Assembly (NCBI RefSeq): GCF_964213995.1
Contig: NC_135807.1
Span: 96,906,001 to 96,970,000 of the forward strand
DNA from: Mustelus asterias
Lineage: Eukaryota
Direction of reading: 5' to 3'
DNA length: 64,000 nucleotides
A model generated the notes under the pieces. The model searched no databases. It saw only the letters and a program-made list of their open reading frames with translations, and was not told the origin of the DNA. The stretch's first letter is position 1. Each line of letters opens with the position of its first letter. A program made the translations under genes and the position numbers. Positions 37,001-49,526 of this stretch are shown here, one piece after another.

Positions 37001-40000
37001 CTGGCAAACATGATAGCAACTGGGCAGAAATAGAGAGAGGGAGAGATGGACAGAAAGGGAGAGAGGCAAGCAGAGTGAGACCGGAGCAAGTTGCAGAGAC
37101 TGCCGAGGGAGCAAGTGAAACGGGGGAAAGAAGGAGAAAGACTGGCGTAGAGAGATTGGGGGTAGAGAGAGAGGGCGAGGGACTGCAAATTAGGGAGTAG
37201 GAGAAATATGAAGAGAGAAACATGGGAGATATTGGCAGAGAGAGAGGAATGAGATTGGGAAGAGAGATAAATGGGGGAGACAGAGAGAGACTGAAGGAGA
37301 GACGTAGACTGAGGAAGCAGAGAGAAAATGTCACTGGGATAGAGAAAGAGAGGGATTGCTTTGGACAGAGAGAGATAGTGAGAGAGGGACAGAGAGGTAG
37401 AGAGAGATTGGGGTCAGATGGGAGAGAGAGGGACAGGGAAAAGAGGTTGCCCGTTTGGAAATTGAGGCAGTGCATTCCAAACTCCCTCCAGACTGTTCCA
37501 GCAAGTGGAAACAGGAGCTCCACTCTAAATACTGGTTTGATCCAGTGGAATACTTGAGGCTGATGGAGTATGTGGCCTCCTCATTCATTCCTGTCCTCGT
37601 CATTGTATGGGATGTGGAGCCCAGGTTTGCCATCTGCAGTACCAATATCTCCTTATGTATATATCCAATTCCCATTTGTAAATTACAATTCACTCCAATT
37701 CTATTGCAAAGTATTGCATTCGAAATCATAACTTAATCTGTTCAAAATAACTCATCGCCCCCTTGTATCTACATCCTATGGTTACCATCTGTGCTGCCAG
37801 TAGAAACAGTTTCTTCTTGATTATCACAATCCTTCATGATTTTTCAACATCTCTATGAGGGAGAAATGGTGGCCTATTGGCAATGTCACTGGACTAGGAA
37901 TCCAGAGGCTCAGACTGTTAATCTGAGCAGATGGGCTCAGATCCCACCTTTATCCTACATTTATCTGGTCTGGCCCACATGTGATTACAGACCCACAAAT
38001 GTTAACTGGAACATCCTGTCGACGTGAGGAGCTGAAAAATTCCAGCCAGTGTCATTATCTTGATTAGTTTTTCTATGTACTCCAGTTCTTGGTTTTTATT
38101 CCCAACCATTGTCAGTTCACAAGAAAAAGGTACACACAAAACAATGAATTAATGAAGATTTTAAGAAGTTCACCCAAGAGACATGGGTGAAGACTTGCCA
38201 TGTGTCTAACTTTACAACCTTTCCAAATTTTTATGAGCAATTTGTTTTGCCCATCGTATCTTTTTCAATTTTAATGTTGAGCATCAATGTGTCCGAGAAG
38301 GGAGTTTTCATTATGTTGGAACATTGGCATTTAACCAATGACAGGTAGTTAAGTAGGGGCAGCCTTGGCATGTTGCCAATGACAGGGGCCTGACCTTTGT
38401 GCCTGTTTGATGCGTGCACTCGACGGGCCTGCCAGCCAACCAGAAAAGCAGACAGGCCACATGTGACCCAATTTATGTTTTGGTTGGATGGACTTCTGAC
38501 TATGGTGTGCGCCCACTAACTGAAATATTGTGCGAGTGCGCGATGATGTTTGGAAGAGTGCTCTACATTTTTTCACATACTTTCACCCACCCAAGCAACA
38601 AAAACTTCTGGCCAAAGTGTTGTCAGTATGTGGGAGCATTGGTATGTAGCCAATAACAGGCAGATTAATATGTGAGTGCATTGGCAAGTAGCCAATGACA
38701 GTGAATTTTGGTCTTTGGAAACATAGGTTTGTATCCAACGACAGAGAGTCTGCTGGCTGATTGACATTCACAGTCAGAGAGAGAGTTTGATATGTTCCTG
38801 CAGAAACTGGCCTATTTGCAGGGGCCTGCCTCAGTTACTGTTTCCTTTTCAGTGTTGTAAACTTCCAGCTCGTTTTCTCTCAGCACACAGATTGACAGGC
38901 AGACAACAATGACAGGGCAGATACTGTTAGGCAGACAGGCAGTCAGGCAGCTCTGTAACGTAGCTATTATCCCCCGTCTTTGTACATTGCCAGAGGAAAC
39001 TGGAATACGTTAGTCCATCTCGGCAATTACACACAGGACAGGCGATTTTGCACCCACATTCAGCGTCAGCAAGAACGGCTGTGCAGGGACAAAATACTGT
39101 GAGATTTGAGAATCAAGATTCTTACCGGTGAGATCTCGTTTCCCGATTTTTGCCACCCCTCACTGGTGATGTATCAAGGTTCACGGCCAAAAAGGGTGGG
39201 AACCTCATTTTAATAAATCTCGCTAAATTTAAATAGGGTTCAAGCTATGTTCCCCCCTCACTAAATATTCATACCTTGCTGACGTGATGACATGTCTGCG
39301 AGGTTCACAACAGCTATTCAAGAACGTGAGGCAGTTGAGGGGAACCCAAAGAGGGAGGGGGAGAGCCCCCCCCCCAGTAGTGCGATGGTGGGGGGGTGGG
39401 GGTGGAGGATTGGAGAGGGGGAATGTGTCCCCTGATATTGCAGTTGTTGGGGGGTGGAGTGGGGTCACCCCAATATTTCTGGGGCTGCGAGAGTGGTTCT
39501 CCATGTCCTCGGAGGAGTGGTGTGGAGGGAGGGTGCGTGGAAGTTTATTTTTAGTGTGCTGATTGGGGCACCCTTTAAAGATGGTGCCCTGATCTCTGTG
39601 GAGACGGCCTTGCCGGCTCTTATCAGGCGCCACCTCACCGCAGTGAAGGCATAAACCATGGTCCCGGATCTATTTTGTCAGCGTGCCAGAAAGTCTGGTC
39701 AGAAAATTTGGCAGTGCATCTGGAGAGATACACACCGGTTTTCAGTCAGAGCCTGACACTCTGATAAATAGGGGTGGCACAGTGGCACAGTGGTTAGCAC
39801 TGCTGCCTCACAGCACCAGGGAGCCGGGTTCGATTCCCGGCTTGGGTCACTGTCTGTGTGGAGTCTGCATATTTTCCCTGTGTCTGCATGGGTTTCCTCC
39901 GGGTGCTCTGGTTTCCTCCCACAGTCCAAAGAATGCGGGTTAGGTTGATTGGCCATGCTAAATTGCCCCTTAGTGTCGGGGGGTTAGTAGGGTAAATAAG

Positions 40001-42833
40001 TACAGTTGTAGGGATGGGGCCTGGGTGGGATTGTGGTCGGTGCAGACTCGATGGGCCGAATGGCCTCCTTCTGTACTATAGGGATCCTCTGATTCTAAAT
40101 CATGGGAAAATTCCTCCCTCGGGCTTTGAGGTGGGATTGTCGTTATGTCTCTTTGTCTTTACCAGAGATTGTGAACAGTCTTTGGATGCTTATAGAAATA
40201 TTTTCTCTCGAAACACAATGTTCCTTCGGGAAACTCCCTGTAGCCATGCCAGTCAGGGGCGAGCTTACATTCTCAGCCATCTTTGGTGTCTGTGCCCATC
40301 TTTAAGATACAACATCATACCGGCCAATTGCAATGTGCGCAACAAGCTCATTTACCTTGTTCAGGGACCAGGGACCTGGAATTTGTTTCCATGTTTAAAA
40401 AATATTCAGAGCAATAACAAAGCAGATATAGAAATGTAAAATGTGAGAGATGTTTGTGGAACCATGGCTATGATTAACAAGGTATCTGATGTCAATGACT
40501 CAATTATAGCACACAAAAACAAATGAAATGATCTCCATTGGAATATAATTGGGGTATAATCTTACACCCCAGCCAATCGAACTTTCTCCTTAATCTATTT
40601 AATTACAGTCTCTAAAACCAACTGATATTATTAATGAAGATTTATTCCACACTCGGGTTCTGTGAACAAAGCTTCAAGCTGTGAATATATATTTGGAGGA
40701 GGCAAAAGGGCCTGAGCCCTAAGCCTCACGATTCCTGACTGTCCCAAACTGTCAAATTCCAGTAAGCTGCAGTAACGTTGGCACCAGTAATACTGGACTT
40801 CCATATTGAAGTATATAAGACCAGTTCCAACACGTTTTACTGGTACCTTTCATTCCGAAGATTTTCTGGGGTTTCCGACAACTCTGCATTAACCAACCCC
40901 TTAATTATTAAAGAATGAGGAAAGACTGGAACTGCCAACTATACCATTCACACCCAAATCTGCTCCAGTCTGTTCATCTCTGTAAGAGCAAAGTCTCGGC
41001 CTCCAACATTGTCGCTAATGTTTGCTGCTCGGTAAAGAACTGAATCAAGGTAAGAAAAACAGAAGGAGAGAAAGAAAGATGTACCGGGGAGAGAGAGGCT
41101 GGGAAGAGGGAGAGTCAGGGAGGGAAGGATGGGAGAGAAAGAGACTTGGGGAAAGAGAAAAAGGCTGGGCAGAGAGAGAGACCCACAGTGTGGAGGGAGA
41201 GAGAGACTGGAAAGAGAGTTTGTGGGCAAGTGAAAGATGGGAAAGAGAGAGACTGGACATGAAAGGGAGAAAGGGACTGGGTGGAGAGAGGGAGAGATGG
41301 AGTGGAAAAAGAGAGATAGAGAGAGAGACTGAGAGTGCAGCTTGAGGCCAGACAGAAAGAGACTGGGAGAGGGACAGAGACAAGAGGACCACAGAGAGTG
41401 AGAGGAAAAGACTGAAAAGAGATAGCGAAATAGAGACGGGGAGAGAGAGAGAGGCTGGAGCGCAAGACAGAGAGCGAAGGACAGACTGGGACAGAAGGAC
41501 TAGGGCGGGAAGGAGAAAACTGGCAAACATGATAGCAACTGGGCAGAAATAGAGAGAGGGAGAGATGGACAGAAAGGGAGAGAGGCAAGCAGAGTGAGAC
41601 CGGAGCAAGTTGCAGAGACTGCCGATGGAGCAAGTGAAACGGGGGAAAGAAGGAGAAAGACTGGCGTAGAGAGATTGGGGGTAGAGAGAGAGGGCGAGGG
41701 ACTGCAAATTAGGGAGTAGGAGAAATATGAAGAGAGAAACATGGGAGATATTGGCAGAGAGAGAGGAATGAGATTGGGAAGAGAGATAAATGGGGGAGAC
41801 AGAGAGAGACTGAAGGAGAGACGTAGACTGAGGAAGCAGAGAGAAAATGTCACTGGGATAGAGAAAGAGAGGGATTGCTTTGGACAGAGAGAGATAGTGA
41901 GAGAGGGACAGAGAGGTAGAGAGAGATTGGGGTCAGATGGGAGAGAGAGGGACAGGGAAAAGAGGTTGCCCGTTTGGAAATTGAGGCAGTGCATTCCAAA
42001 CTCCCTCCAGACTGTTCCAGCAAGTGGAAACAGGAGCTCCACTCTAAATACTGGTTTGATCCAGTGGAATACTTGAGGCTGATGGAGTATGTGGCCTCCT
42101 CATTCATTCCTGTCCTCGTCATTGTATGGGATGTGGAGCCCAGGTTTGCCATCTGCAGTACCAATATCTCCTTATGTATATATCCAATTCCCATTTGTAA
42201 ATTACAATTCACTCCAATTCTATTGCAAAGTATTGCATTCGAAATCATAACTTAATCTGTTCAAAATAACTCATCGCCCCCTTGTATCTACATCCTACGG
42301 TTACCATCTGTGCTGCCAGTAGAAACAGTTTCTTCTTGATTATCACAATCCTTCATGATTTTTCAACATCTCTATGAGGGAGAAATGGTGGCCTATTGGC
42401 AATGTCACTGGACTAGGAATCCAGAGGCTCAGACTGTTAATCTGAGCAGATGGGCTCAGATCCCACCTTTATCCTACATTTATCTGGTCTGGCCCACATG
42501 TGATTACAGACCCACAAATGTTAACTGGAACATCCTGTCGACGTGAGGAGCTGGAAAATTCCAGCCAGTGTCATTATCTTGATTAGTTTTTCTATGTACT
42601 CCAGTTCTTGGTTTTTATTCCCAACCATTGTCAGTTCACAAGAAAAAGGTTCACACAAAACAATGAATTAATGAAGATTTTAAGAAGTTCACCCAAGAGA
42701 CATGGGTGAAGACTTGCCATGTGTCTAACTTTACAACCTTTTCAAATTTTTATGAGCAATTTGTTTTGCCTATCGTATCTTTTTCAATTTTAATGTTGAG
42801 CATCAATGTGTCCGAGAAGGGAGTTTTCATTAT

Positions 42834-43245
42834 AAGAACATGAGAACATAAGAAATAGGAGCAGGAGTAGGCCATCTAGCCCCTCGAGACTGCCCCGCCA
42901 TTCAATAAGATCATGGCTGATCTGAAGTGGATCAGTTCCACTTACCCACCTGATCCCCATAACCCCTAATTCCCCTACTGATCAGGAATCCATCTATCCG
43001 TGATTTAAACATATTCAACGAGGTAGCCTCCACCACTTCAGTGGGCAGAGAATTCCAGAGATTCACCACCCTCTGAGAGAAGAAGTTCCTCCTCAACTCT
43101 GTCCTAAACTGACCCCCCTTTATTTTGAGGCTGTGCCCTCTAGTTCTAGTTTCCTTTCTAAGTGGAAAGAATCTCTCCACCTCTACCCTATCCAGTCCCT
43201 TCATTATCTCATAGGTCTCTATAAGTTCCCCCCTCAGCCTTCTAA
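42834..43245 (-). mobile_element. Short CR1 3' end inserted only in array copy 4, TSD ATTAT
   Basis: Minus ORF 42932..43204 nearly identical to the 8041..8496 C-terminus; empty site GAGTTTTCATTATGTTGG in copies 1-3; ATTAT at 42829-42833 and 43246-43250. Confidence 0.97.
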
Positions 43246-45149
43246 ATTATGTTGGAACATTGGCATTTAACCAATGGCATTTAACCATCGGCATTTAACC
43301 AATGACAGGTAGTTAAGTAGGGGCAGCCTTGGCATGTTGCCAATGACAGGGGCCTGACTTCTGTGCCTGTTTGATGCGTGCACTCGACGGGCCTGCCAGC
43401 CAACCAGAAAAGCAGACAGGCCACATGTGACCCAATTTATGTTTTGGTTGGGTGGACTTCTGACTATGGTGTGCGCCCACTAACTGAAATATTGTGCGAG
43501 TGCGCGATGATGTTTGGAAGAGTGCTCTACATTTTTTCACATACTTTCACCCACCCAAGCAACAAAAACTTCTGGCCAAAGTGTTGTCAGTATGTGGGAG
43601 CATTGGTATGTAGCCAATAACAGGCAGATTAATATGTGAGTGCATTGGCAAGTAGCCAATGACAATGAATTTTGGTATTTGGAAACATAGGTTTGTATCC
43701 AACGACAGAGAGTCTGCTGGCTGATTGACATTCACAGTCAGAGAGAGAGTTTGATATGTTCCTGCAGAAACTGGCCTATTTGCAGGGGCCTGCCTCAGTT
43801 ACTGTTTCCTTTTCAGTGTTGTAAACTTCCAGCTCGTTTTCTCTCAGCACACAGATTGACAGGCAGACAACAATGACAGGGCAGATACAGTCAGGCAGAC
43901 AGGCAGTCAGGCAGCTCTGTAACGTAGCTATTATCCCCCGTCTTTGTACATTGCCAGAGGAAACAGGAATATGTTAGTCCATCTCGGCAATTACACACAG
44001 GACAGGCGATTTTGCACCCACATTCAGCGTCAGCAAGAACGGCTATGCAGGGACAAAATACTGTGAGATTTGAGAATCAAGATTCTCACCGGTGAGATCT
44101 CGTTTGCCGATTTTTGCCACCCCTCACTGGTGATGTATCAAGGTTCACGGCCAAAAAGTGTGGGAACCTCATTTTAATAAATCTCACTAAATTTAAATAG
44201 GGTTCAAGCGGGTCCTCAAGATATGTTCCCCCCTCACTAAATATTCATACCTTGCTGACGTGATGACATGTCTGCGAGGTTCACAACAGCTATTCAAGAA
44301 CGTGAGGCAGTCGAGGGGAACCGACAATCGGCACTTCGGGCCTGATTTTACCATTTTGAGTCTAAGTGCCGAATCTGGGCGTCAAATAGATCCGAGCCCG
44401 GAATCCTCTTCCCAGCGCGCCCATCCGCTTTTTGCCGGCTCCGGTCCGATTCGCGCTGTGGACGGGGCTTAGCGCTTCTTTTTTATGTAAAAAGATACAA
44501 AAAAAAGGATATATCCATCCTCTTTTTTTTCCCAGTGAACACAAATACACATTTGCACGCACAATCCTGTGCGACTGTGAGTTGCCCATGTTACACTCTA
44601 TATACCCTTGTTCTCCTGCATTGACAACTGTTTGGCCTTCTAGTCAGTCTCTGCATCTGTGTTGCATACCATCTTTAAACCAATCAGCTCTTTTAATGGA
44701 ATGCATGCATGTTGAACTTGGCTATTCTTCTGGGAGATGCTTTTTGTCCAGAGAATGTTGTTCCCTTGGTCTTTGTTACCTTGGAGACTACTATTGTTCC
44801 ATTTCCATTGTTGGGGCTTCATGGACCTTTTGGATTGATGGTAGTTCTGTGCTTTCTACCCAAACGGCCAATTGCTGTGACAGAACAGCTTCGCTAATTG
44901 ATCATATATGCTTGCGATTAGGCCAATATAATTGGTTATTCACTTCCACTGCGTACTTATAGAGGTGAAAATTCCTCTACACGTGTTCCAAATTTCCAAC
45001 TGTGCTGACACCTGTTGAGAATGTTAAGGGTTTGCACCTTGACTGGTTCTCCAATGCTCAGCACTGGGTAAAGGTGAGAAGCGTCATTCCATTCTTCAAT
45101 CAGTAGAGAACTGATGAAAAATGAGGTTTAATACAATCATACATAAGAC

Positions 45150-47027
45150 ATTAATAAAAGTCAGTGCTCAACAGACCTAATTGCCTAACATCACCCATGC
45201 CCACACTGTGCAAGTATAACTTTTTAACCTTCTTAACCCTGCCACTATGTCCTGGTGTGTCCCCAGGATCCACATCAGAGTATGAGGTGACCTGTTGTCT
45301 GCCACACTCTGTTGCATGAAATGTCCTTGGTTGACATCCTGTGGAGGGCCCCGGCCAACTTGCAGGTCGCACAAGTGTCACCCTGTTTTCTGTTCTTTGT
45401 GCCAGAGGTACCCTGGTCTGTAGAAGGTGGGAGTCAGAAAACTGGACACACTCAGGTTCTCCTGGATGGAAGGTCCCAGGCTATGCACCAGCAGATCCTC
45501 CTCACTTTAGGTGCTCACAGGCCCCTTGGTTCTCTCCCTGGGCAGAGGGACAACTGGAGTGAGATTCAGAAGCCCCGCTATCTATTCTCCTGCACATGCA
45601 CTCTTGGCTGCCCACCAGTGTCTGCACCATGCAGTTGATGCCCTGAACCATCAAGTTCAATGTCTGAACCATGGAGTTCGTGGCCTGAGCCAGGCTTTGG
45701 ACACCTCCTGCCTTGGATCTGGTGTCAGGCCCCAGGCTCTCCACTGCAGTCGCCACCTTTGCAGTGTTGGCCTGGATGCCTCACATCACCGGCACCATCA
45801 CCTGCGAGAGAAGGCTTTAGGACTCCTCCAGTTGGCCTTGCAATCACTGGAGTGCTGCTGACACCTCTGTCTGGTATTCCCAGCTCTGCCTTTACATATC
45901 CAGCAGCTGAGGGACGAATGATGTCAGAGGGACAGCACCTGGCTGAGGCACAGCTGAGTCCTGGTCCAGCAGATCTCCGACTGCCTGATCCCTGGGAAGT
46001 CCCTGCCTCCGCCTGATGTGAGGTGTTCACCAGATAGTGAACCAGAAGCCTGGCTGCTAAGATTGCCCACTGATGTATGTGTCTGCGCTGCTGGAGAGTA
46101 CGGGTGACAGCTGAGATGCATTACCAGTTTCCTCCGCCAATATCTCCTCAGTAGCTAGCTCTTGCGTTGGCAAGGGATTCCTGCTTGTGGAGGGGACAGG
46201 CTGCTCGAGTGGTTTTCCTGTGAGGGAAGGGACATAGTAGTCATGCATGGTAAGGACAAAGAGAAACAGAACTCACATCAGTTTGTGGAAATGGATGAAA
46301 CTGCAGAGACTCCTCACATTCCTCTCTCCTGCCACCTCGTTCTCCACACAGGCCCACTCTTGCTCTTCCCCTGCAAGCTCCAGTGCTCTCTCCTTGAAAG
46401 GAACCAGGATCCTCAACTCTATCTTGCCACCATCTGTCTTTGCTCGTTTGCAGTAGCTGTGAGCGACCTTATCCTGCAGGGAGACAGTTGAGATGTTGTT
46501 ACGCAGGCTGTGTGCCACGTCAGAGGGCAATGATGCCTGGCATGTGTGGGTGCTGTACGTGAGCAAGGATGAATCGTGAGCAAAAGCATTGAACACCTGT
46601 CCTCTTGTGGAGACCAACATGGCTACTGTCTTGAACTTGCTGGGGGGTGTCCTGCCTGCTAGTGGGTAGATAGTTGCCCTTCTCTCCTCCATGGCACCCA
46701 ACAGACATTTAAGGGCCCACTGCTTGAAGTGTCGAGCAGCTTGCAGCTTCTAGGCTGCCATCCCCCTGACCTAACTGAGTAAGTGCTGTGGAGTCGTTTA
46801 AATGCAGCACCCCCTGAATTAAACTGTTCAGGTGCTCCCCCACACCCCCCTCCCCTCCCCAGGGGAATGAATCAGACACATCGCGACACAGGCATAACGT
46901 TTTTCACATGGGAAAAACTTTTTCCGAAGTGCCTAAGGATTTGCAGTCTGATCGCACCGGTGGGGCCAAAGGGATTCACACCGGTTTTCGCACGGAAAAC
47001 AAAGCCTGATTTTAGGAAAATTATGCC
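45150..47027 (-). mobile_element. Right arm of a Harbinger transposon with decayed Myb/SANT-like accessory gene
   Basis: Minus ORF 46273..46701 begins GAMEERRATIYPLAGRTPP (Myb/SANT-like N-terminus); low-complexity segment at 45500-46030 similar to 54700-55450; terminus GGAAAATTATGCCC. Confidence 0.65.
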
Positions 47028-47589
47028 CAATGAATAGAATAGATACATAATTGGAAAGCTACCAAAGAGTGAGAGCAAGTAGATGAAGTGCTATCGACCT
47101 TTAATGGTGAGTGATGAGTCCTAGCGAGTGGCAGAATAAAGCTTTATTATTGCTACATCAGCACTCCCAGGTGAAGGATAGGATGAGTTACCTCTAGTAC
47201 AATTTATGTTTCAATAATATGATGCTCATTTTGCAAAAGAAACAATAATACCCAAAATACCAGAGAATACATCTGCTTCTTCTAAATGTAACACGTTGCC
47301 CAGGTTCAGTTGTTGGTGAAGTTGTTTTTGCTTTGATCAGTATATTAGAATTGGGGAGTTACAGTTCTGTATTTGGTAAAACCGTATTATTGCACTTTGG
47401 TTGGTAAGTGTGATCAGAGAATTACAAAGATTGTTCTTTTCTCACGAGTTTGTTTGATTTTCGATATCAATGGAGTGCTGCACGTAAGGATAATTCATTA
47501 ACAGTCACTGCAATTCCGTTACTTCTCATACCCCGGATCATTGCTGGAGAATAAACCATTTGTTTTAAAACAGGAATGGCAGGACTGTG

Positions 47590-48095
47590 AAGCTGTACAT
47601 AGTGAGAATGGATGGACTCTGTGCTTTCTTCGCTTGGAAATAGAAGGCTGAGGGGTGACCTAATTCTTGAAAATTCTGAAAGGTTTTGCTAGAATGGGCA
47701 CAGAGGGAGAGTTTCCACTTGTGGGGAAGATTCAAAAAGAAGTTATCGATATAGGATAGTCTCTAAGAAATCAAATAGGGAATTCAGAAGGAACATCTTT
47801 ATCCTGACAGTACACACCAACATAGGAGTTAGGATCTGGAGTAGGCCACTCGGCCCCTCCAGCCTGCTCCACCGTTTGATAAGATCCTGGAGGAGAATGT
47901 GAAACCTGTTACCACAGAGAGTAGCTTGGGGGAATAGATGCATTAGAGTAGAAATCAATAATTATGGCGGGGAAGAGACAGGAATAGAGGTTATAGAGTT
48001 ACTGAGGAAAGATCGAATATCACCTGTGATTGGAACATAAATACCAGCATGGACTGGTGGGCCCAAATGGACTGTTTCTCTGCTGTATATTCTAC
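47590..48095 (+). mobile_element. Old CR1 3' end with a small inverted CR1 tail piece inside
   Basis: TTGGAAATAGAAGGCTGAGGGGTGACCTAAT (LE.RRLRGDL) and 3' UTR GGGCCCAAATGGACTGTTTCT; reverse tail piece at about 47820-47886. Confidence 0.7.
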
Positions 48096-48169
48096 CTAAC
48101 GATATTTCTTTTGTGTTTCTTGCTCCCTGAATGCAGATATCATTGCTGTTACTAGCCAGGTGTGACTTC

Positions 48170-48296
48170 ATGAATAATCTGAGCAAGCCGACACAAAATT
48201 GGAATATTCCCCCCAATCGGCAGGATGGTGGAGGTGACGGAAACAAATGGAATTTTTGTTATTTTTTTTTGCCGATATTGGGAGGAGCTGCCTTAC
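48170..48296 (+). CDS. CCDC127: CCDC127-like, first coding exon (exon probably starts at 48137)
   Basis: MNNLSKPTQNWNIPPNRQDGGGDGNKWNFCYFFLPILGGAAL matches the vertebrate CCDC127 N-terminus as I recall it (MNNLNDPPNWNI...DGGDGSRWNYALLVPMLGLAAF); pyrimidine tract + CAG acceptor ending 48136; donor C|GTAAGT at 48297, phase 1. Confidence 0.9.
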
Positions 48297-49526
48297 GTAA
48301 GTGTTGTGAATGTAGATTCACATTGCCATGTTCTTGCTGTACTCCTTCTTCTCTTAATGTTATAATATACAGCTTCTGGAGTAAGAACAGAAGTGAACCA
48401 TTCAAACCCTGGAGGAGCGATTCTCCCATCCCGCTGTGCTAACCGAGCAGCGTAGTGGGCCGAGAGACATCAGCAGCGGCCGATTCGCGGGATTCGCGCT
48501 GGGCGGCCGGGCCTCCGCGCATCTCCCAACCTAAGTTTTTTTGTGTTGACGGATCCACGCTGAAAATCAACGTAACGATGATTTCCATTTGTTATCATAC
48601 CTTTGTATGTCATTAGCGGGTCCGTGACTAGAATCTTTGCCCCCGCTAGCGGCTCCCCCCTCACTGGCGTGACGTCACGCTGGCGGGGATTACATCTCCT
48701 GAATAAAAATCGGGACCTGGCGTGGCAGCATTGAACAGGAGTAAGGAGGTTGAACAGGAGTAAGGAGGTAAGTTTTACAGAGCTGCAGCCCCCGGAGTGC
48801 TGGGGAGGTAGGAGGCCGGGCCTGATAACTTTCTGCTTGCTGCGGAGAAGTTCCTGGAGAGCTGGAAGTGCTGACCCCAGGCCCAGGAATGTTCCACGTA
48901 GTCTCTGTGGAGTGGGGTGGGGTGGGGCCCTTTACTGACTGCTGATCAGGCTGCTGTTTGCAGTCACTGGGCTGTTCCATTGTTCTGGCTGTGGGGTGTG
49001 GTGAGGGACTGGATTGAGTGCTGGGGTTTTAGGGAGTGGGGTGAAGTGCACCATGAGCTGCTTGAGGGCTAATCAGTTCAGGCAGCTGGAGCTCAGTTAA
49101 CACAGACACTCACACTGCATGTACTCTGCAGTGAATGGGAACCCATCTTGTGATAATCAGGAGTCTGTCCCTGCCCCGTGTCCCTGACCTGTAACACATA
49201 CCTGGAAGGGAAGGCTGTCGTTGCATTCATGTCAATGGCTCAAGGGAGCACAATGGCCAAGCCCACACACCAACCTGCATACTCACCCTGCCTGCCGTGT
49301 TCACGATGCCAATGGCAGGCAACCTAATCAGGTGACGCATGGCACCCCGGATTGTGTTGTGTTGCCAGCATCCGCAAGTGGGAGTACTCCCAGTGAGGGA
49401 ATCGGGGAAGGGGGCGGGGGTTGGGTGGTGCTGGGGTAGCTGCAAGCAATAACATGTATCTATCAATGTCTCTCTCTCTAACCCCCATCGTGCAGATCTC
49501 GGTCTTATTGATTAGAGCTGGCCATC

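Larger units (their letters stand above)
26812..44322. repeat. Tandem segmental array, unit about 4.53 kb, about 3.8 copies
   Basis: CCATGTTTAAAAAATATTCAG at 26812, 31338, 35870, 40389; ORF track repeats with 4532 periodicity; copy 4 diverges after GAGGGGAACC at 44322. Confidence 0.98.

Noticed and set aside
48731-48768. 19-bp tandem duplication TTGAACAGGAGTAAGGAGG
   Set aside because: Simple slippage inside the Harbinger arm with no further structure
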